This document shows positions 1-13,948 of a stretch of 64,000 nucleotides of DNA, piece by piece. The stretch lies in NCBI GenBank assembly GCA_964016885.1, contig OZ024757.1, forward strand, positions 14,260,001 through 14,324,000. The letters are read 5' to 3'. The notes beneath the pieces were generated by a model. It was given only the letters and a program-made list of their open reading frames with translations, searched no databases and had not been told where the DNA came from. Every line of letters begins with the position of its first letter. The stretch's first letter is position 1. Made by a program: the position numbers and the translations under genes. Origin of the DNA: Eledone cirrhosa (lineage: Eukaryota).

Positions 1-44
<44 letters not shown>

Positions 45-141
45 AAAGTTAAACAAGGTTCAATGAATAAATCAAAGATTCAGTCACTACCATGACTGAA
101 TCTTAACCATCTACTATGTCAGGGTATGTCATGCATCATCT

Positions 142-208
142 TATTTTATCTGATGAGGACGTACTGTTGAAATTAACTCGGTACCTCTGAAATATGTATA
201 ATAAAATA
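142..208 (+). ncRNA. Minimal type I hammerhead ribozyme motif
   Basis: Stem I TATTTTAT/ATAAAATA, core CTGATGA (150-156), irregular stem II, then GAAA-TATGTA-TA cleavage site. Confidence 0.7.
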
Positions 209-659
209 TACTTGATCACAAGAATATCTATTTTGTTAATATTTTGCATATGTGAGTGCAGCAGCAATAACATGATAGAGCTGAGACCCCTGTCCTTAAA
301 ACACTCCAAAAAACCTCATATGCGTTGCAACCTGAATAGGTACTTGCTGCAGCAACATGATAGGACTGAGGTCTTTATCATCAAAACGCTCAAGAAACCT
401 CCTATGCAATGCAACCTAATAAGGGGCCAGGTAAACCCTACGTAGGTGTGAGCTGTAAATCTCATTTAATTTATCATTTTCCTTGACTGACTTTAGAAGG
501 GTGAAGGTATTTTTTACCTTTGTCCTTTCTATGCCTATGTATTATACCTCCTGTGTACCCACACACACCTCAGATGGCCCTTGTATTGTACCCCTCATCC
601 AACATATCCTTCTGGTAATAACAACAGCAACAAAACGATTGCTTTTTATTCACTTCTTG

Positions 660-915
660 CTACTGTTGTTGTTGTTGTTATTTTGGTTGTTGTTGTCATT
701 GTTACTGTTGTTTTTTTTGTTGTTAGTGTTGTTATTGTTGTTGTCATTGTTACTGTTGTTGTTGTTGTTAGTGTTGTTATTGTTGTTGTCATTGTTACTG
801 TTGTTGTTAGTGTTGTTGTTATTGTTGTTGTCATTGTTACTGTTGTTGTTAGTGTTGTTGTTATTGTTGTTAGTGTTGTTGTTATTAGTGTTGTTGTCAT
901 TGTTACTGTTGTTAG
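660..915. repeat. (GTT)n-type trinucleotide low-complexity tract
   Basis: Direct reading of the sequence. Confidence 0.9.
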
Positions 916-1123
916 GTCAGTCACATGACGCGAACCTTTTCTGGTGGCATCACATTACCAAAGAAAGGCCACCATTCCACCTGCTGCTATTTATAGTTAG
1001 ACATTTCTCTGTCTCTGTGTGTAGAAACGGCTGTCTGTCTGTCTGTCTGAGTGTGTAGATACGGCTGTATGTGTATGTGCATGTATATGTATGTATGCGT
1101 ATACAATTAAATACACACACACA

Positions 1124-1174
<51 letters not shown>

Positions 1175-1225
1175 CTGTGTATGGGGGGTGGGCTGATTAT
1201 GTGTGTTTGTATGTGTATGATATAT

Positions 1226-1279
<54 letters not shown>

Positions 1280-1384
1280 CACATACACATATACAGACAT
1301 ATATACAGAATCTTTAATAAGGTCAAGTTTAAGTTATTTTACTTCAGGGTTTCTCCTGTGTACAAAGAAAACCAGGTTTAACTG

Positions 1385-1540
1385 ATTATTTGGCAGAATT
1401 GTTAGAACGTCGGACATTTTGCTAGCAGCATTTGATCCGGCTCTCTACAAACTGAGTTCAAATCACTCCTAGGTCAAATTTGCCTTTCGTCTTTCCGAGT
1501 TCAATAAAATAAAGTACCAGTCAAGTACAGGTGTCAATAT
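1385..1540 (+). mobile_element. Degenerate tRNA-derived SINE
   Basis: B-box-like GAGTTCAAAT followed by TTTGCCTTTC...AAATAAAGTACCAG, shared with copies at 13.8k, 28.4k, 28.6k, 59.0k and 61.3k. Confidence 0.6.
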
Positions 1541-1672
1541 AAACTTATCGTATATATATGTGTGTATGTATGTATGTGTATATATGTAAAAGGTAAACAG
1601 AAATAACAACACAATCGGTACAGTATATGGTAGGAATATATTAGGTTAACGCTTGAAATAGCAGGAAGAGGA

Positions 1673-1708
1673 TCTTAATGTTTCGGATGCTAGTCCTTCA
1701 TCAGAAGA
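1673..1708 (-). ncRNA. Minimal hammerhead ribozyme motif
   Basis: Minus strand: TCTT-CTGATGA-A-GGA ctagca TCC-GAAA-CATT-AAGA; stem III essentially absent. Confidence 0.55.
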
Positions 1709-1745
1709 AAGAATGAGAAATGGGATAGATTGAAGGGACGGGCGG

Positions 1746-1836
<91 letters not shown>

Positions 1837-2033
1837 TTGTAATGTACCTGTGTTGATTTTCCTTGTTGACATATCTCACCTCCCCTTCTCTCACATACAG
1901 ATATATATAAATTATATGTGTATATATATGTGTGTGTGTGTATATATATATCTATGTATATATGTGTGTATGTGTGTGTGTATATATATATGTATTTATA
2001 TGTATACATATGTTTATAAGTATATGTATATAC

Positions 2034-2067
<34 letters not shown>

Positions 2068-2494
2068 ATAGATACACACACACATATATGTAACAACTCA
2101 TACACTCACACACCTCCTTAGACACACTTAGACACACATACCAAATCATACACACACACACAATTTAACACAGCTGTTTGTTCTATATTTACCACAAACA
2201 AAAGCAACAACAACAACAACAGCGACAACAACAACAACAACTACAACATAAAAAGAAATATCGAAACAAAGCACCACTCCACCACCACCACCCACACAAC
2301 CACACCTTACTTACCGTCCACACACCACTACACCCACCACTACACCCACCACCATCAGTAACACTGCCCCACCCTACATATCCACAACCCACACCCGTCA
2401 CCCCACCACCCCTGTTCAGCCCCACGACAAAATACCTAATTACCATTAACCCAGTTCTCTTCAGCCCCATATTATGTCATTTTTAGCCCTTCTA

Positions 2495-2526
2495 TAAATA
2501 CATATATATATACATATATATATATG

Positions 2527-2557
<31 letters not shown>

Positions 2558-2616
2558 AAGTACATATGTATATGTGTATACATATGTATACATATGTATG
2601 TGTGCATATATATATG

Positions 2617-2684
<68 letters not shown>

Positions 2685-2700
2685 CACATATATATATATA

Positions 2701-2736
<36 letters not shown>

Positions 2737-2880
2737 CAGACATATATATGTGTGTGTATATATATATATATATGTATGTATATATATATATACACATATA
2801 TATATATGTGTGTATGTATATATATACACATATATGTGTGTGTATATATATATATATATATATGTATATGTATATATATG

Positions 2881-2918
<38 letters not shown>

Positions 2919-2974
2919 CACACACACATATATGTGTGTGTATATATATATGTATATATATATATATACACACA

Positions 2975-3017
<43 letters not shown>

Positions 3018-3216
3018 ATGTATATATATATACACATATATATATATATATATGTATGTGTGTATGTATATATATACACATATATATATGTGTGTGTATA
3101 TATATATGTATGTATATGTATATATATACATATATATATGTGTGTGTATATATATATGTATGTATATGTATATATATATACACATATATATGTATGTGTG
3201 TATGTATATATATATA

Positions 3217-3262
<46 letters not shown>

Positions 3263-3330
3263 TATATGTATATGTGTGTGCGTGTGCATTATATATAATA
3301 TATACACATGCATACTAACACATATACGCA
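2495..3330. repeat. (TA)n/(TG)n compound microsatellite
   Basis: Direct reading; source of the YI-repeat ORFs. Confidence 0.95.
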
Positions 3331-3724
3331 CACGCATACTCAGCACATTTATCAGTATGCCTGAGTGTGTACGTGATAATATAGAATCTACGAGAGAGGC
3401 AAAACAAAAGAGCCCACCACCACCACTACTACCACCACCACCACCACCACCACTACTACCACCACCACCACCACAACACCACCACCACTACCACCACCAC
3501 CACAACAACAACAACAACAACACCACCACTACCACCACCACCGCTACCATCACCACCACCCACTGCATTATGGGACAACCTAGAAGCAAGCTGTAACCTT
3601 TCCTTCTGAAATGCTGCCTCAGCGGTTTATTTCACATCAGAACTCAGACAGACGACTGTGTGTGTATGTACATATATATATATATATATATGATATTATA
3701 TATATGTATATATATATACATAAG

Positions 3725-3791
<67 letters not shown>

Positions 3792-3818
3792 ATATATATA
3801 AATGTGTGTGTGTATGTA

Positions 3819-3866
<48 letters not shown>

Positions 3867-3974
3867 ATTATATATATGTATATATATATACATAAGATAT
3901 AATATATATATATATACATAAGATATAATATATATATATATGATATTATATATATGTATATATATATACATAAG

Positions 3975-4015
<41 letters not shown>

Positions 4016-4166
4016 AAAATATATATATATATTGTTATACTTTGGGAGGGTCATGTTGCCAATAAGAAACACACGCACCAGTTGCTTTCACTTCAATTTA
4101 CTATAATAAATTTATAAATTTCTGGTTGGTTGGTTGGTTCCACAACCAGATAGTTGTTTATATATT

Positions 4167-4209
4167 GTCATAGTTCTTTCGTCACACACTCTGTGACCTC
4201 TTCAGTGAC
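4167..4209 (-). ncRNA. Hammerhead ribozyme in inverted pLTR
   Basis: Reverse complement of 6503-6545. Confidence 0.8.
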
Positions 4210-4931
4210 TGGGGATTCCTTTCTTTGTTTCTGTGCCTCTCCTTTGTTCTGTCCTACGCCATTTTGTTTCTGTGTGTTGTGTGCTCAGTCTGCGCATGCG
4301 CCACATCCGGGTGTCTGTGTGTGTTTATGTTCATTTATTTATTTGTTTATTTACATGTTACTGGTTGGTTGTTTGTTCTATGTGTGTGTGTGTTTTCATT
4401 TTGTCCTTAATTGTAAGTTGTGATGTTGCTGTTCCACTCATATTTTCTATTTAATTTTGGTTGTAATTTTTTTATGTTTATTGCCTCTGTAATTTGTCTA
4501 AACATTGCGTCTTTTCTGTGTGTAGATTCGATTTTTATTTCTATGTTCTCTAATTTACCCCTGTGTTCTATTTTAGCATGTTGGTAGAGTACAGATGATT
4601 CTTTACTATCTTGAAGGTCTCGCCAGTGTTCATTTATCCGTTCCCCTACACTACGGGCTGTCTCAACTATGTACACTATATTTTTGTCTCTACATTGTCC
4701 TTCAGTACAACTTATGCTATACACTACATTTCTAGTTTTACAGTTAATATGGGGGCTTATTTTACAGGTTATACATTTCTTATCTATACATGAGGGTCTT
4801 TGAAAAGGGTATGTCTTGCTAATAAGTGTTTTTACGGAGGTACCTGGTCTTTCTACTATCTTAATATTGAGTTTATGTTTATTTAGGGCCTTCTAAATTT
4901 GTAAGCTAATTCACCTCTAGGGGTTGTATCG

Positions 4932-6305
4932 ATGAACATTACACTCTGGTATTTATTGCTATCATACCATGAGTTTATTCTATTAAAACTAACCCTTAAG
5001 GAACATATGTACAAATTTAATGGAAAAACATATGCCCAAGAGGAAGGAGCAGCCATTGGTGTTAGCATTGCAGGCGACATAGCTAACTTATTCATGGTAT
5101 GGTGGGACAGTAGACTTAAACTTAAACTTAAAGAACAATTAGAAGACCCCTTAACCCTGATAATGTACTCCCGCTACGTTGATGATATAAACATTGTAGT
5201 TAAGACACCCCCACTAGAGAACAGTCAGGAACTAGAGAAAAACACAATGGAAAGCATCCAGCAAATAGCAAACTCCATCCACCAGAGCATTAGAGTTACT
5301 ATAGACTACCCAAGTAAACACCCCAACCATCGATTACCTGTACTAGACACAGAGCTCTGGTTAGATACCATTAACAACAAAAAACAAATCCTCCATTCCC
5401 ATTATGCCAAACCCATGACTTCCAAACATCTGATCCACCGAAACTCGGCCGTTTCGGACCATACCAAAATCAACATACTGATTACGGATTTGGTACGGGT
5501 GATGAGAAATGTGTCCCGCATGTGCAACCCCGAAGAACTAGAGAGACACATACAACACTTCATCCACCGTATGCAGTTCTCTGGCTACAATCAGAGAGAT
5601 AAAATCAGAGTGTATAGAGGAGCCAGAACCAAATGGGAAAAAATGGTAAATAATAACATAAATGGGACCTGCCCCTTGTATAGGAGCAAATTTTGGAATA
5701 GAATAGAAAGAACTAGGAACAAGGCTAATAGAATAAACTCATGGTATGATAGCAATAAATACCAGAGTGTAATGTTCATCGATACAACCCCTAGAGGTGA
5801 ATTAGCTTACAAATTTAGAAGGGCCCTAAATAAACATAAACTCAATATTAAGATAGTAGAAAGACCAGGTACCTCCGTAAAAACACTTATTAGCAAGACA
5901 TACCCTTTTCAAAGACCCTCATGTATAAATAAGAAATGTATAACCTGTAAAATAAGCCCCCATATTAACTGTAAAACTAGAAATGTAGTGTATAGCATAA
6001 GATGTACTGAAGGACAATGTAGAGACAAAAATATAGTGTACATAGTTGAGACAGCCCGTAGTGTAGGGGAACGGATAAATGAACACTGGCGAGACCTTCA
6101 AGATAGTAAAGAATCATCTGTACTCTACCAACATGCTAAAATAGAACACAAGGGTAAATTAGAGAACATAGAATTAAAAATCGAATCTACACACAGAAAA
6201 GACGCAATGTTTAGACAAATTACAGAGGCAATAAACATAAAAGAATTACAACCAAAATTAAATAGAAAATATGAGTGGAACAGCAACATCACAACTTACA
6301 ATTAA
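4932..6305 (+). CDS. Penelope-like reverse transcriptase C-terminal half plus GIY-YIG endonuclease (5'-truncated; first ~18 aa come from the inversion)
   Basis: YAQEEGAAIG, YSRYVDD, PVLDTELW, HYAKP thumb, CxxxxCxxC linker, VVYSIRC...YIVETAR...ERINEH...RQITEA GIY-YIG-like motifs. Confidence 0.9.
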   Translation: MNITLWYLLLSYHEFILLKLTLKEHMYKFNGKTYAQEEGAAIGVSIAGDIANLFMVWWDSRLKLKLKEQLEDPLTLIMYSRYVDDINIVVKTPPLENSQELEKNTMESIQQIANSIHQSIRVTIDYPSKHPNHRLPVLDTELWLDTINNKKQILHSHYAKPMTSKHLIHRNSAVSDHTKINILITDLVRVMRNVSRMCNPEELERHIQHFIHRMQFSGYNQRDKIRVYRGARTKWEKMVNNNINGTCPLYRSKFWNRIERTRNKANRINSWYDSNKYQSVMFIDTTPRGELAYKFRRALNKHKLNIKIVERPGTSVKTLISKTYPFQRPSCINKKCITCKISPHINCKTRNVVYSIRCTEGQCRDKNIVYIVETARSVGERINEHWRDLQDSKESSVLYQHAKIEHKGKLENIELKIESTHRKDAMFRQITEAINIKELQPKLNRKYEWNSNITTYN

Positions 6306-6502
6306 GGACAAAATGAAAACACACACACACATAGAACAAACAACCAACCAGTAACATGTAAATAAACAAATAAATAAATGAACATAAGCACACACAGACA
6401 CCCGGATGTGGCGCATGCGCAGACTGAGCACACAACACACAGAAACAAAATGGCGTAGGACAGAACAAAGGAGAGGCACAGAAACAAAGAAAGGAATCCC
6501 CA

Positions 6503-6545
6503 GTCACTGAAGAGGTCACAGAGTGTGTGACGAAAGAACTATGAC
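6503..6545 (+). ncRNA. Hammerhead ribozyme in Penelope pLTR
   Basis: GTCA-CTGAAGA-G-GTCACA gagtg TGTGAC-GAAA-GAAC-TA-TGAC. Confidence 0.85.
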
Positions 6546-6547
6546 GA

Positions 6548-6628
<81 letters not shown>

Positions 6629-6827
6629 ACCATCTGGTTGTGGAACCAACCAACCAACGAGAAATTTATAAATTTATAAATTTATTATAAATTTATTATA
6701 ATAAATTGAAGTGAAAGCAACTGGTGCGTGTGTTTCTTATTGGCAACATGACCCTCCCAAAGTATAACAATATCGGTTTCAACACACGATTTCAGATAAA
6801 GAATCTTGCTAAACAAATTCAGAAACG

Positions 6828-6906
<79 letters not shown>

Positions 6907-7023
6907 ATTATATATATGTATATATACATAAGATATAATATATATATATATATACATAAGATATAATATATATATATATATATATGATATTATATATATG
7001 TATATATATATACATAAGATATA

Positions 7024-7055
<32 letters not shown>

Positions 7056-7334
7056 TATATCTTATGTATATATATATACATATATATAATATCATATATA
7101 TATATACATAAGATATAATATATATAAATGTGTGTGTGTATAAATAATATATATATGTATATAAAAATGTATATGTATATATATATATATATATACACAC
7201 ACACATATATATATATATGTGTGTGTGTGTGTATAATGCCGTAACTCCTGATAGAGTCGTAGGAGCGCCGTATTGACATACACCACTCCTTGCGCATTTC
7301 ATTTTAAACCTGGTGGAGCCCATCCCTTTTCAGG

Positions 7335-7382
<48 letters not shown>

Positions 7383-7383
<1 letters not shown>

Positions 7384-7545
7384 AAAAAAGATGAAATCGA
7401 AAATGCAACTGGAGTCTTTTTAAGAATATTTATTCTTAAAAAGACTCCAGTTGCATTTTCGATTTCATCTTTTTTCCTTATACTTTCACTCGTGTAGGAC
7501 ATCTCGTTTTTTTTTTTCATTTTGTGAAAAAACCCTCATTTTCTA
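7383..7545. repeat. Foldback of pLTR tail (same family as 36.05-36.37k)
   Basis: AAAGATGAAATCGAAAATGCAACTGGAGTC followed by its reverse complement, between TA tracts. Confidence 0.75.
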
Positions 7546-7984
7546 ATATATATATATATATATATATGCAAAAGTTCTATTTAAATTGTTGGGATACAAC
7601 AAGTAAATATTTTATAACTGATATAAAGCACTCGACAAGTATTTGGAGTAGATATACGATATTAATAATTGGAAACTATATTTGTAAAACCTGTCTGATG
7701 GTTTGATATCTCTCTGTTGCTTTCCTCTGTTTTCTTATTTTTTCCTTTTTTCTTCTTTTCTTTCCTCTTTTTCTTTATTTATCTCTCCCTTTTTCTCCAC
7801 GCTTTTCTCTCTCACTCCGTTTTTTCTCCACGCTTTTCTCTCTCTCTCCGTCTTTTGTAATTGTCCTTAACACTAAGACTTACTAAAATAATATAAACAA
7901 ACCACTATCCTGATGTCCTCCAAAAGTAATGGTCGCATTTTGAAAGGGTACGTCAATGCTTATTTGTAAAACTGATATATATTG

Positions 7985-8049
7985 TATTTTGTCTGATGAA
8001 GGCATACCATAATTTAACTTGGTATCCTTGAAATATGTATAATGAAATA
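7985..8049 (+). ncRNA. Hammerhead ribozyme motif
   Basis: TATTTTGT-CTGATGA-AGGCATACCA...TGGTATCCTT-GAAA-TATGTA-TA-ATGAAATA. An inverted copy of the downstream tail lies at about 7652-7692. Confidence 0.8.
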
Positions 8050-8088
8050 AATATGGTTTTATAAATATAGTTTCCATTTATTAATATC

Positions 8089-8159
<71 letters not shown>

Positions 8160-9539
8160 GACAAAGAACGCGATAAAATATTTAAAAACTGACGAAGACA
8201 TGAAATACAAAATGCTGATAATCTGGAATTGTTACAAAGTCACCAGTCCCCTTTGCCTCCAAGTACGAGGAAAGAAAGAAGTTATTGTCAAAGCAAGAGG
8301 AGGGTCTGGCCTAAATGTTTGCAGCATGGCGTTGATGGATCTCCGTCGGATCTGACGATGAGTGTTGCTAGTGTTTGATCAACGGAACGAACTGCTCCTG
8401 AAATCAATGTGTAATTGATTGAGCATTTCACAGACACGTGCACGCCTTAGCTTGATTCTTAGAGAGAGAGAGATTATGTTTGACAAGCCTGGCCCTTTGA
8501 ACTTTCTGGTACAACCCCATTTTTCCGGCAATAATAAAAACAAAACAAAAACAATAACATCAGCTGCAACCACAACAACAACAAAAATAACAACTCCAGC
8601 AACAACAACAATAACAGCTGCAATAATAACTTCAACAATAACAACAGCTGCCACAATAACCACAACAATCCAGGGTTAACATAATATGCTACGAATGTGT
8701 TTTAATTTCTGTTACACACGTCTAATGATAAGGGAGAGAGGGTGGGAGAGAAGGAGGGGGCGATGGGATGAGGGAGAGAGAAGGGGAGTAAGAGAGATGG
8801 GACAAGGGAAAGATGAGACAAGAGAGAGATGAGGCGAGGAAGAGAATTAGAGAGAAAGAGGGGTAGTTAGAGAGAGAAATGAGACGAGAAAGAGAGCGAG
8901 AGATGAGACGAGAGTGAGAGATCGGACGGGGGGAGGATGCGGTGAATTCTTTCACTAATTTCGCAAAACATATTTTTTTAAAAATGAAATTGGATTTAAA
9001 AGGAATAATCATTAAATGAAATTAAATTTAATTCAATTAAAATTATTGGTTTTTATCTTTTACCAAACAACATCTTCACCCCCGCCACCGCCACTAACTT
9101 TTCGAACCCCCCCACCACCACCTCGACCACCACCAGTACTAACTTTTCGACCCCCCCCCCCCTCAACCACCACCACCATCAGCACCAATACTAACGCTAC
9201 TTCCACAACCACCACCTCGATCACTCCTCCCACCTTCACCCCCCCCCCTCATATCGGCCACCGGCACCACCACTACCACCAACAACACGTCGGCCATCAC
9301 ATAGACACATGCACTGTTAACGTATTTCCCAGGGAGATTCGGCGTGATACAGTGTCTGATAAGGCTGGTCCTTTTATTACAAATACCAGACCTGCCATCC
9401 TCTAAAAACCCAAACAGGGAGTACCATGAAAAAAAGTGCCTCAAAATGAGGCAAAATGGCGGAGATTTTACAAAATGAAAGCTATACCCATTTTCACAAT
9501 AGAAGACATCTCTCACTCACCCCAAAGTGGGTGGGAGAT

Positions 9540-9690
9540 CTTCCCGTCGGACGGGGGAGAATTGACAGGTCTGAAATACAACTAATTTTTGCTAGCTGAG
9601 TGGACTGAACCGACGTGAAATGAAGTGTCTTGCTCAAGAACACAACACGTCGCCAGCTTGAAGTGCTCCAGACCCCACCAATGTATAAAT
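9540..9690 (-). mobile_element. SINE fragment related to the 50.9k SINE
   Basis: Minus strand GTGTTCTTGAGCAAGACACTTCATTTCACG...CAGTCCACTCAGCT matches the body at 51005-51055. Confidence 0.6.
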
Positions 9691-9757
9691 CCAACCATGG
9701 CTAGGAGGGGATATTTGGCTGTTATTTATTTCTAAATGAACTTGAGACCATGTAGAG

Positions 9758-10195
9758 CAGCTGTCGCCAACCTTTCGGTTCTCACGGACCACTAAAACCA
9801 TAATTTAAAATCCCGTGGACTACTAATATGAATTTTTTTAAAAAGATAAATACATTTGTAAAATAATGATCAGAGAACTTCCATTTTATTAAACAATACT
9901 GAAGCGTACGTATGTCATATTGCCGATAGATGATACATATGTGTAAAATAATGATCAGAAAACTTCCATTATATTAAACAATACTGTAGTGTACGTGTGT
10001 CATATTATCGATAGATAATACATATTTGTAAACATTTTTCATGGATGTTAGTTCTTTACTGAGGAGAAACATTTTTTAGGGGTGTTATAAAATATATTTT
10101 AACCAAATATTATTTTGATTCTATTATTAATAAAACATAAAAATTGCAAATGTCCACATTTTTCTGCGGACCACCGGTGGGCTGCAGACCACTGA
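9758..10195. mobile_element. Non-autonomous DNA transposon remnant (hAT-like)
   Basis: Starts CAGCTGTCGCCAACCTTT with repeated CGGACCAC subterminal motifs at both ends. Confidence 0.45.
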
Positions 10196-10649
10196 TGTGG
10201 AGGCTTGATAGTTGGTTCGGTAAATAAATTGTTCGAAGACTATATGTCCTTATATCCCTTCGTTGATAACTACGATTTCAAAGAGAATTTTCTGGAAAAA
10301 GAGAGAAAAATACAAAATAAAAACCAGAAGATAAACAACAATTAAACACGATAATCAAAATAGATTCCACCTTAAAATTGTTTAGACATTGATAGAGAGA
10401 AAAAATGTTTTTAAATAAGTCAATAAAAAATCTTTTGCTTCTTACTGTTTCTTTAAAAATTTTTTTTTAATTATCCGAACAAAATATAAGATGATGTTGA
10501 ATGAAAATATCCTCAAAGCTAAACTATTTCAGTGATTTAAATTCATTAAATTCAATTACAATATATTAGCTTCAAATAATTGTATTTGCCATATTTAGCA
10601 ATCTTTGCAAGCAGAAGACACCAAAGAGTTGTTGTTGTGGTTGTCATGC

Positions 10650-11062
10650 TGGAGTGAACGAGTTCGTGAGTGAATGAGTTAGTGAGAGGATGAGTTTGTG
10701 AATGAGTCAGTGAATAAGTTAGAGAATGATTTTGGAGAGGGAGTGAACGGGTTAGTGAGTGAATGAGTTAGTGAGAGGATCGAATGAATAGATAAATGAG
10801 TGAGTGAGTGAATGAACGAGTGAGTGAGTCAGTGAATAAATTAAGGAATGATTTAGAGAGGAAGTGAACGAGTTAGTGAATGATTGGATGAGTTAGTGAA
10901 CGAGCGAGTGAATGAATAGATAAGTGTGTGAATGAATTAGTGAACGAGTAAATGAACACATAAGTGAGTCAGTGAATAAGTTAGTGAATGAGTTAGTAAG
11001 TAACTGAATGAATGGGTTAGTAAGTAATTTAGTGAATGAGATAGTGAGTGAGTGAATGAATG
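10650..11062. repeat. Degenerate (GAGT/GAAT)n tetranucleotide tract
   Basis: Direct reading. Confidence 0.85.
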
Positions 11063-11243
11063 TTAACAAAATAGAATATTCTTAATTTTCCTGAATATAA
11101 TAAAAAACAAAAATAGAAATAAAAATACTTACTTTGAGCCAAAATTAGAAATTATTATTATTTATGCTGATATTTGGTACATAACTTAACAAAGGTTTTT
11201 ACATGAAATTATGATGGAAGCTTTCTAGATAAATATCAATATT

Positions 11244-11481
11244 TTAACCTTTTCGTTGCCAAATTTCTAATGAAAAACACTACCCATAATTTTCAAATAA
11301 TTTTGAAAATAATCAATAATTTGGAAGGATTTAGTAAAATAACATTTTCATTATTAAATTAATATTTCGAACACAAGCAAAAGGTTCTGATATAAAATTA
11401 TGATGGAAGGGTTTTAGATGAAACAGTTTTGTATGGTAGAAGCAGGAAGGGTTTCAGACGGTTTGGTGCCAAAGAGGTTAA
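11244..11481. mobile_element. TTAA-flanked MITE (piggyBac-like)
   Basis: TTAA-CCTTTTCGTTGCCAAA ... TTTGGTGCCAAAGAGG-TTAA imperfect TIRs. Confidence 0.45.
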
Positions 11482-12089
11482 GATTTGAGGTAGATTTGAC
11501 TACTGCTTCTAGCAGGACAACTACACTCGTAGAAGCCCCACGATGGTGGTGATGTTGTTGATAATGATAATTGTTTCTACTTTAGGCACAAGGCCAGCAA
11601 TTACCCAGTGCATTAAATGATAATGACGGTGAGAAAGAGAAAGGGAGGGAGTGGTGGATTGTGATGATGATGATGGTGATGATAATGATGATGTGGAGGA
11701 GGGGGAATGTTGGGGGTGAGGAGGATGTGATAATTGTTGTGACGTTAAGTTTAGCTTTCTCATCTCTTTCATTAAATAGAACAAAGATTTTGAAATATCT
11801 TCAAAGGGATTTCGGCACCACACCTCCCCCCACTCCACCTCCACCACCACCTCCAACTTTATCTCACTCCACCTCCAATTCCACCACCACCTCCAGCTTT
11901 ACCTCACTTAGACTCCACCACCACCACTATCTCTAACTGTACCTTACCCCGACTCCATCACCACATCCCACCTCATATCGTCCCCCATTGTTTTTTCTTC
12001 ATATCTCTCTGTCTTTTCTCTCCTCCTTTTCTCTCCTCCTTTTCTCTCCTCCTTCTCTCTGTCTCCAGCTCTCTTGTACGTGCGTTATC

Positions 12090-13270
12090 TCAACCAACGC
12101 CGCCATCACCACCACCACCATCATCAACACCAACAACACCAACACCACCACCAACAGCACAAACACCACTACTAACACCATCACCAACACCACCATCACC
12201 AACACCAACAACACCACCATCACCACCACCAACAACAACACAAGCACCATTACTAACACCATCACCAACACCACCATCACCAACACCAACAACACCACCA
12301 TCACCAACACCAACAACACCACCATCACCACCACCAACAACACCATCACTACCAACACCAACACCACCAACACCACCAACAACAACAACACCATCATCAC
12401 CACCGACACCACCAACACCACCACCAACAGCACGAACACCACTACTAACACCATCACCAACACCACCATCACCAACACCAACAACACCACCATCACCAAC
12501 AACACCACCATCACCAACACCAACAACACCACCATCACCAACAACACCACCATCACCAACACCAACAACACCACCATCACCAACACCAACAACACCACCA
12601 TCACCACCACCAACAACACCACCATCACCACCACCAACAACAACACCATCACTACCAACACCACCACCAACATCACCACCACCAACACCACCAACAACAA
12701 CAACACCATCATCACCACCGACACCACCAACACCACCACCAACAGCACAAACACCACTACTAACACCATCACCAACACCACCACCACCAACACCAACAAC
12801 AACACCATCACTACCAACACCACCAACAACAGCACCATCACCAACACCAACAACACCACCATCACCAACACCACCACTACACCACAATCATCAACATCAC
12901 CACCACCATCACCACCACCATCACCACCACTACTACCACCACCACCACCACCACCATAACAACAACAATAATAATATTGTCACATTGTGGCGGTGAAACA
13001 TGAAAGACAATTTTCGATTTAAAAAAGCTGGCCGTGGTAACAACAGCAACCACAATAACATAAACAACAACAATTACCACAATAACAACTACAACAACAG
13101 CAGCCATAACAACTACAACAACAACAGCAGCCATAACAACTACAACAACAATTACCACAATAACAACTACAACAACAACGGCGAGTAGCCACAACAACAA
13201 CAACAACAGTAACAACAGTATCAAAAGCAAAACATCAACAGTGACTACCACCATGGTAACAACCACAACA
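12090..13270. repeat. (ACC/AAC/ATC)n trinucleotide low-complexity tract
   Basis: Direct reading; gives Thr/Asn-repeat pseudo-ORFs. Confidence 0.9.
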
Positions 13271-13466
13271 ACAGCAGAAATTAGCGATTTCTTGTTTAGG
13301 TTGAAGCCAGCAGTATCGACTCCAGTTTTTTACTGGTACTTAGTTTTATCGACCTCGGAAAGAGGAATAAAAAAAGATAAAGTTGAATTCGACACGATTT
13401 GAACTTAAAATGTAAACAGTCCATTCCCTCTCCTGGTCAATTTCTTCCAGAGAAAGAAATAAAGGA

Positions 13467-13508
<42 letters not shown>

Positions 13509-13761
13509 GCATATATACACACACGCATATATATATATATATGATGGAGATTATAGCTAAATATTAATGTTCATTTAAGTTATTCAAATTGATATTATTG
13601 GGCACCCACTGAAGATTTATAAGAACCCACTTGCATGAGAATCCATTGATCTTAGGCAAGCTTCTACATAACATGGTGGGTAATATTTCACCCACCATGT
13701 AGAAATCTTATAATGAAACGATCGTATGGGGAATGAGATTTTAATATATCTCATATAAAAT

Positions 13762-13948
13762 AATTGTTTCTACTTTTGGCACAAGGCCAGCAATTTACCA
13801 GTGTATTACTGGTACTTTATTTTATCAACCCCATAAGGATGAAAGGCAAAGTTAACCTCGGCGGGATTTGAACTCAGAATGGCAAGGGCCGTAACTCTAT
13901 ACGTCAAAGCATGGCGTCCGACCCTCTACCGATACTGCCAATCCACCT
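13762..13948 (-). mobile_element. tRNA-derived SINE
   Basis: Minus strand TGGCAGTATCGG...GAGTTCAAATCCCGCCGAGGTTAACTTTGCCTTTCATCC...GTGCCAAAAGTAGAAACAATTA. Confidence 0.75.

Larger units (their letters stand above)
4028..6830 (+). mobile_element. Penelope-like retroelement, 5'-truncated, with inverted 5' copy of its 3' end
   Basis: 4028-4985 is the reverse complement of about 5726-6773. It contains an RT-GIY-YIG ORF and an HHR-bearing pLTR, and has (TA)-rich flanks. Confidence 0.92.

Noticed and set aside
2461-3596. Long YI/YV-repeat ORFs (also 31-33k, 37-38k, 57.7-58.7k)
   Set aside because: Translations of (TA)n/(CA)n microsatellites.
11988-12959. Signal-peptide plus Thr/Asn mucin-like ORF
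   Set aside because: Starts at TTG, is made of ACC/AAC repeats, and the hydrophobic N-terminus is a CT-rich tract; no supporting evidence.
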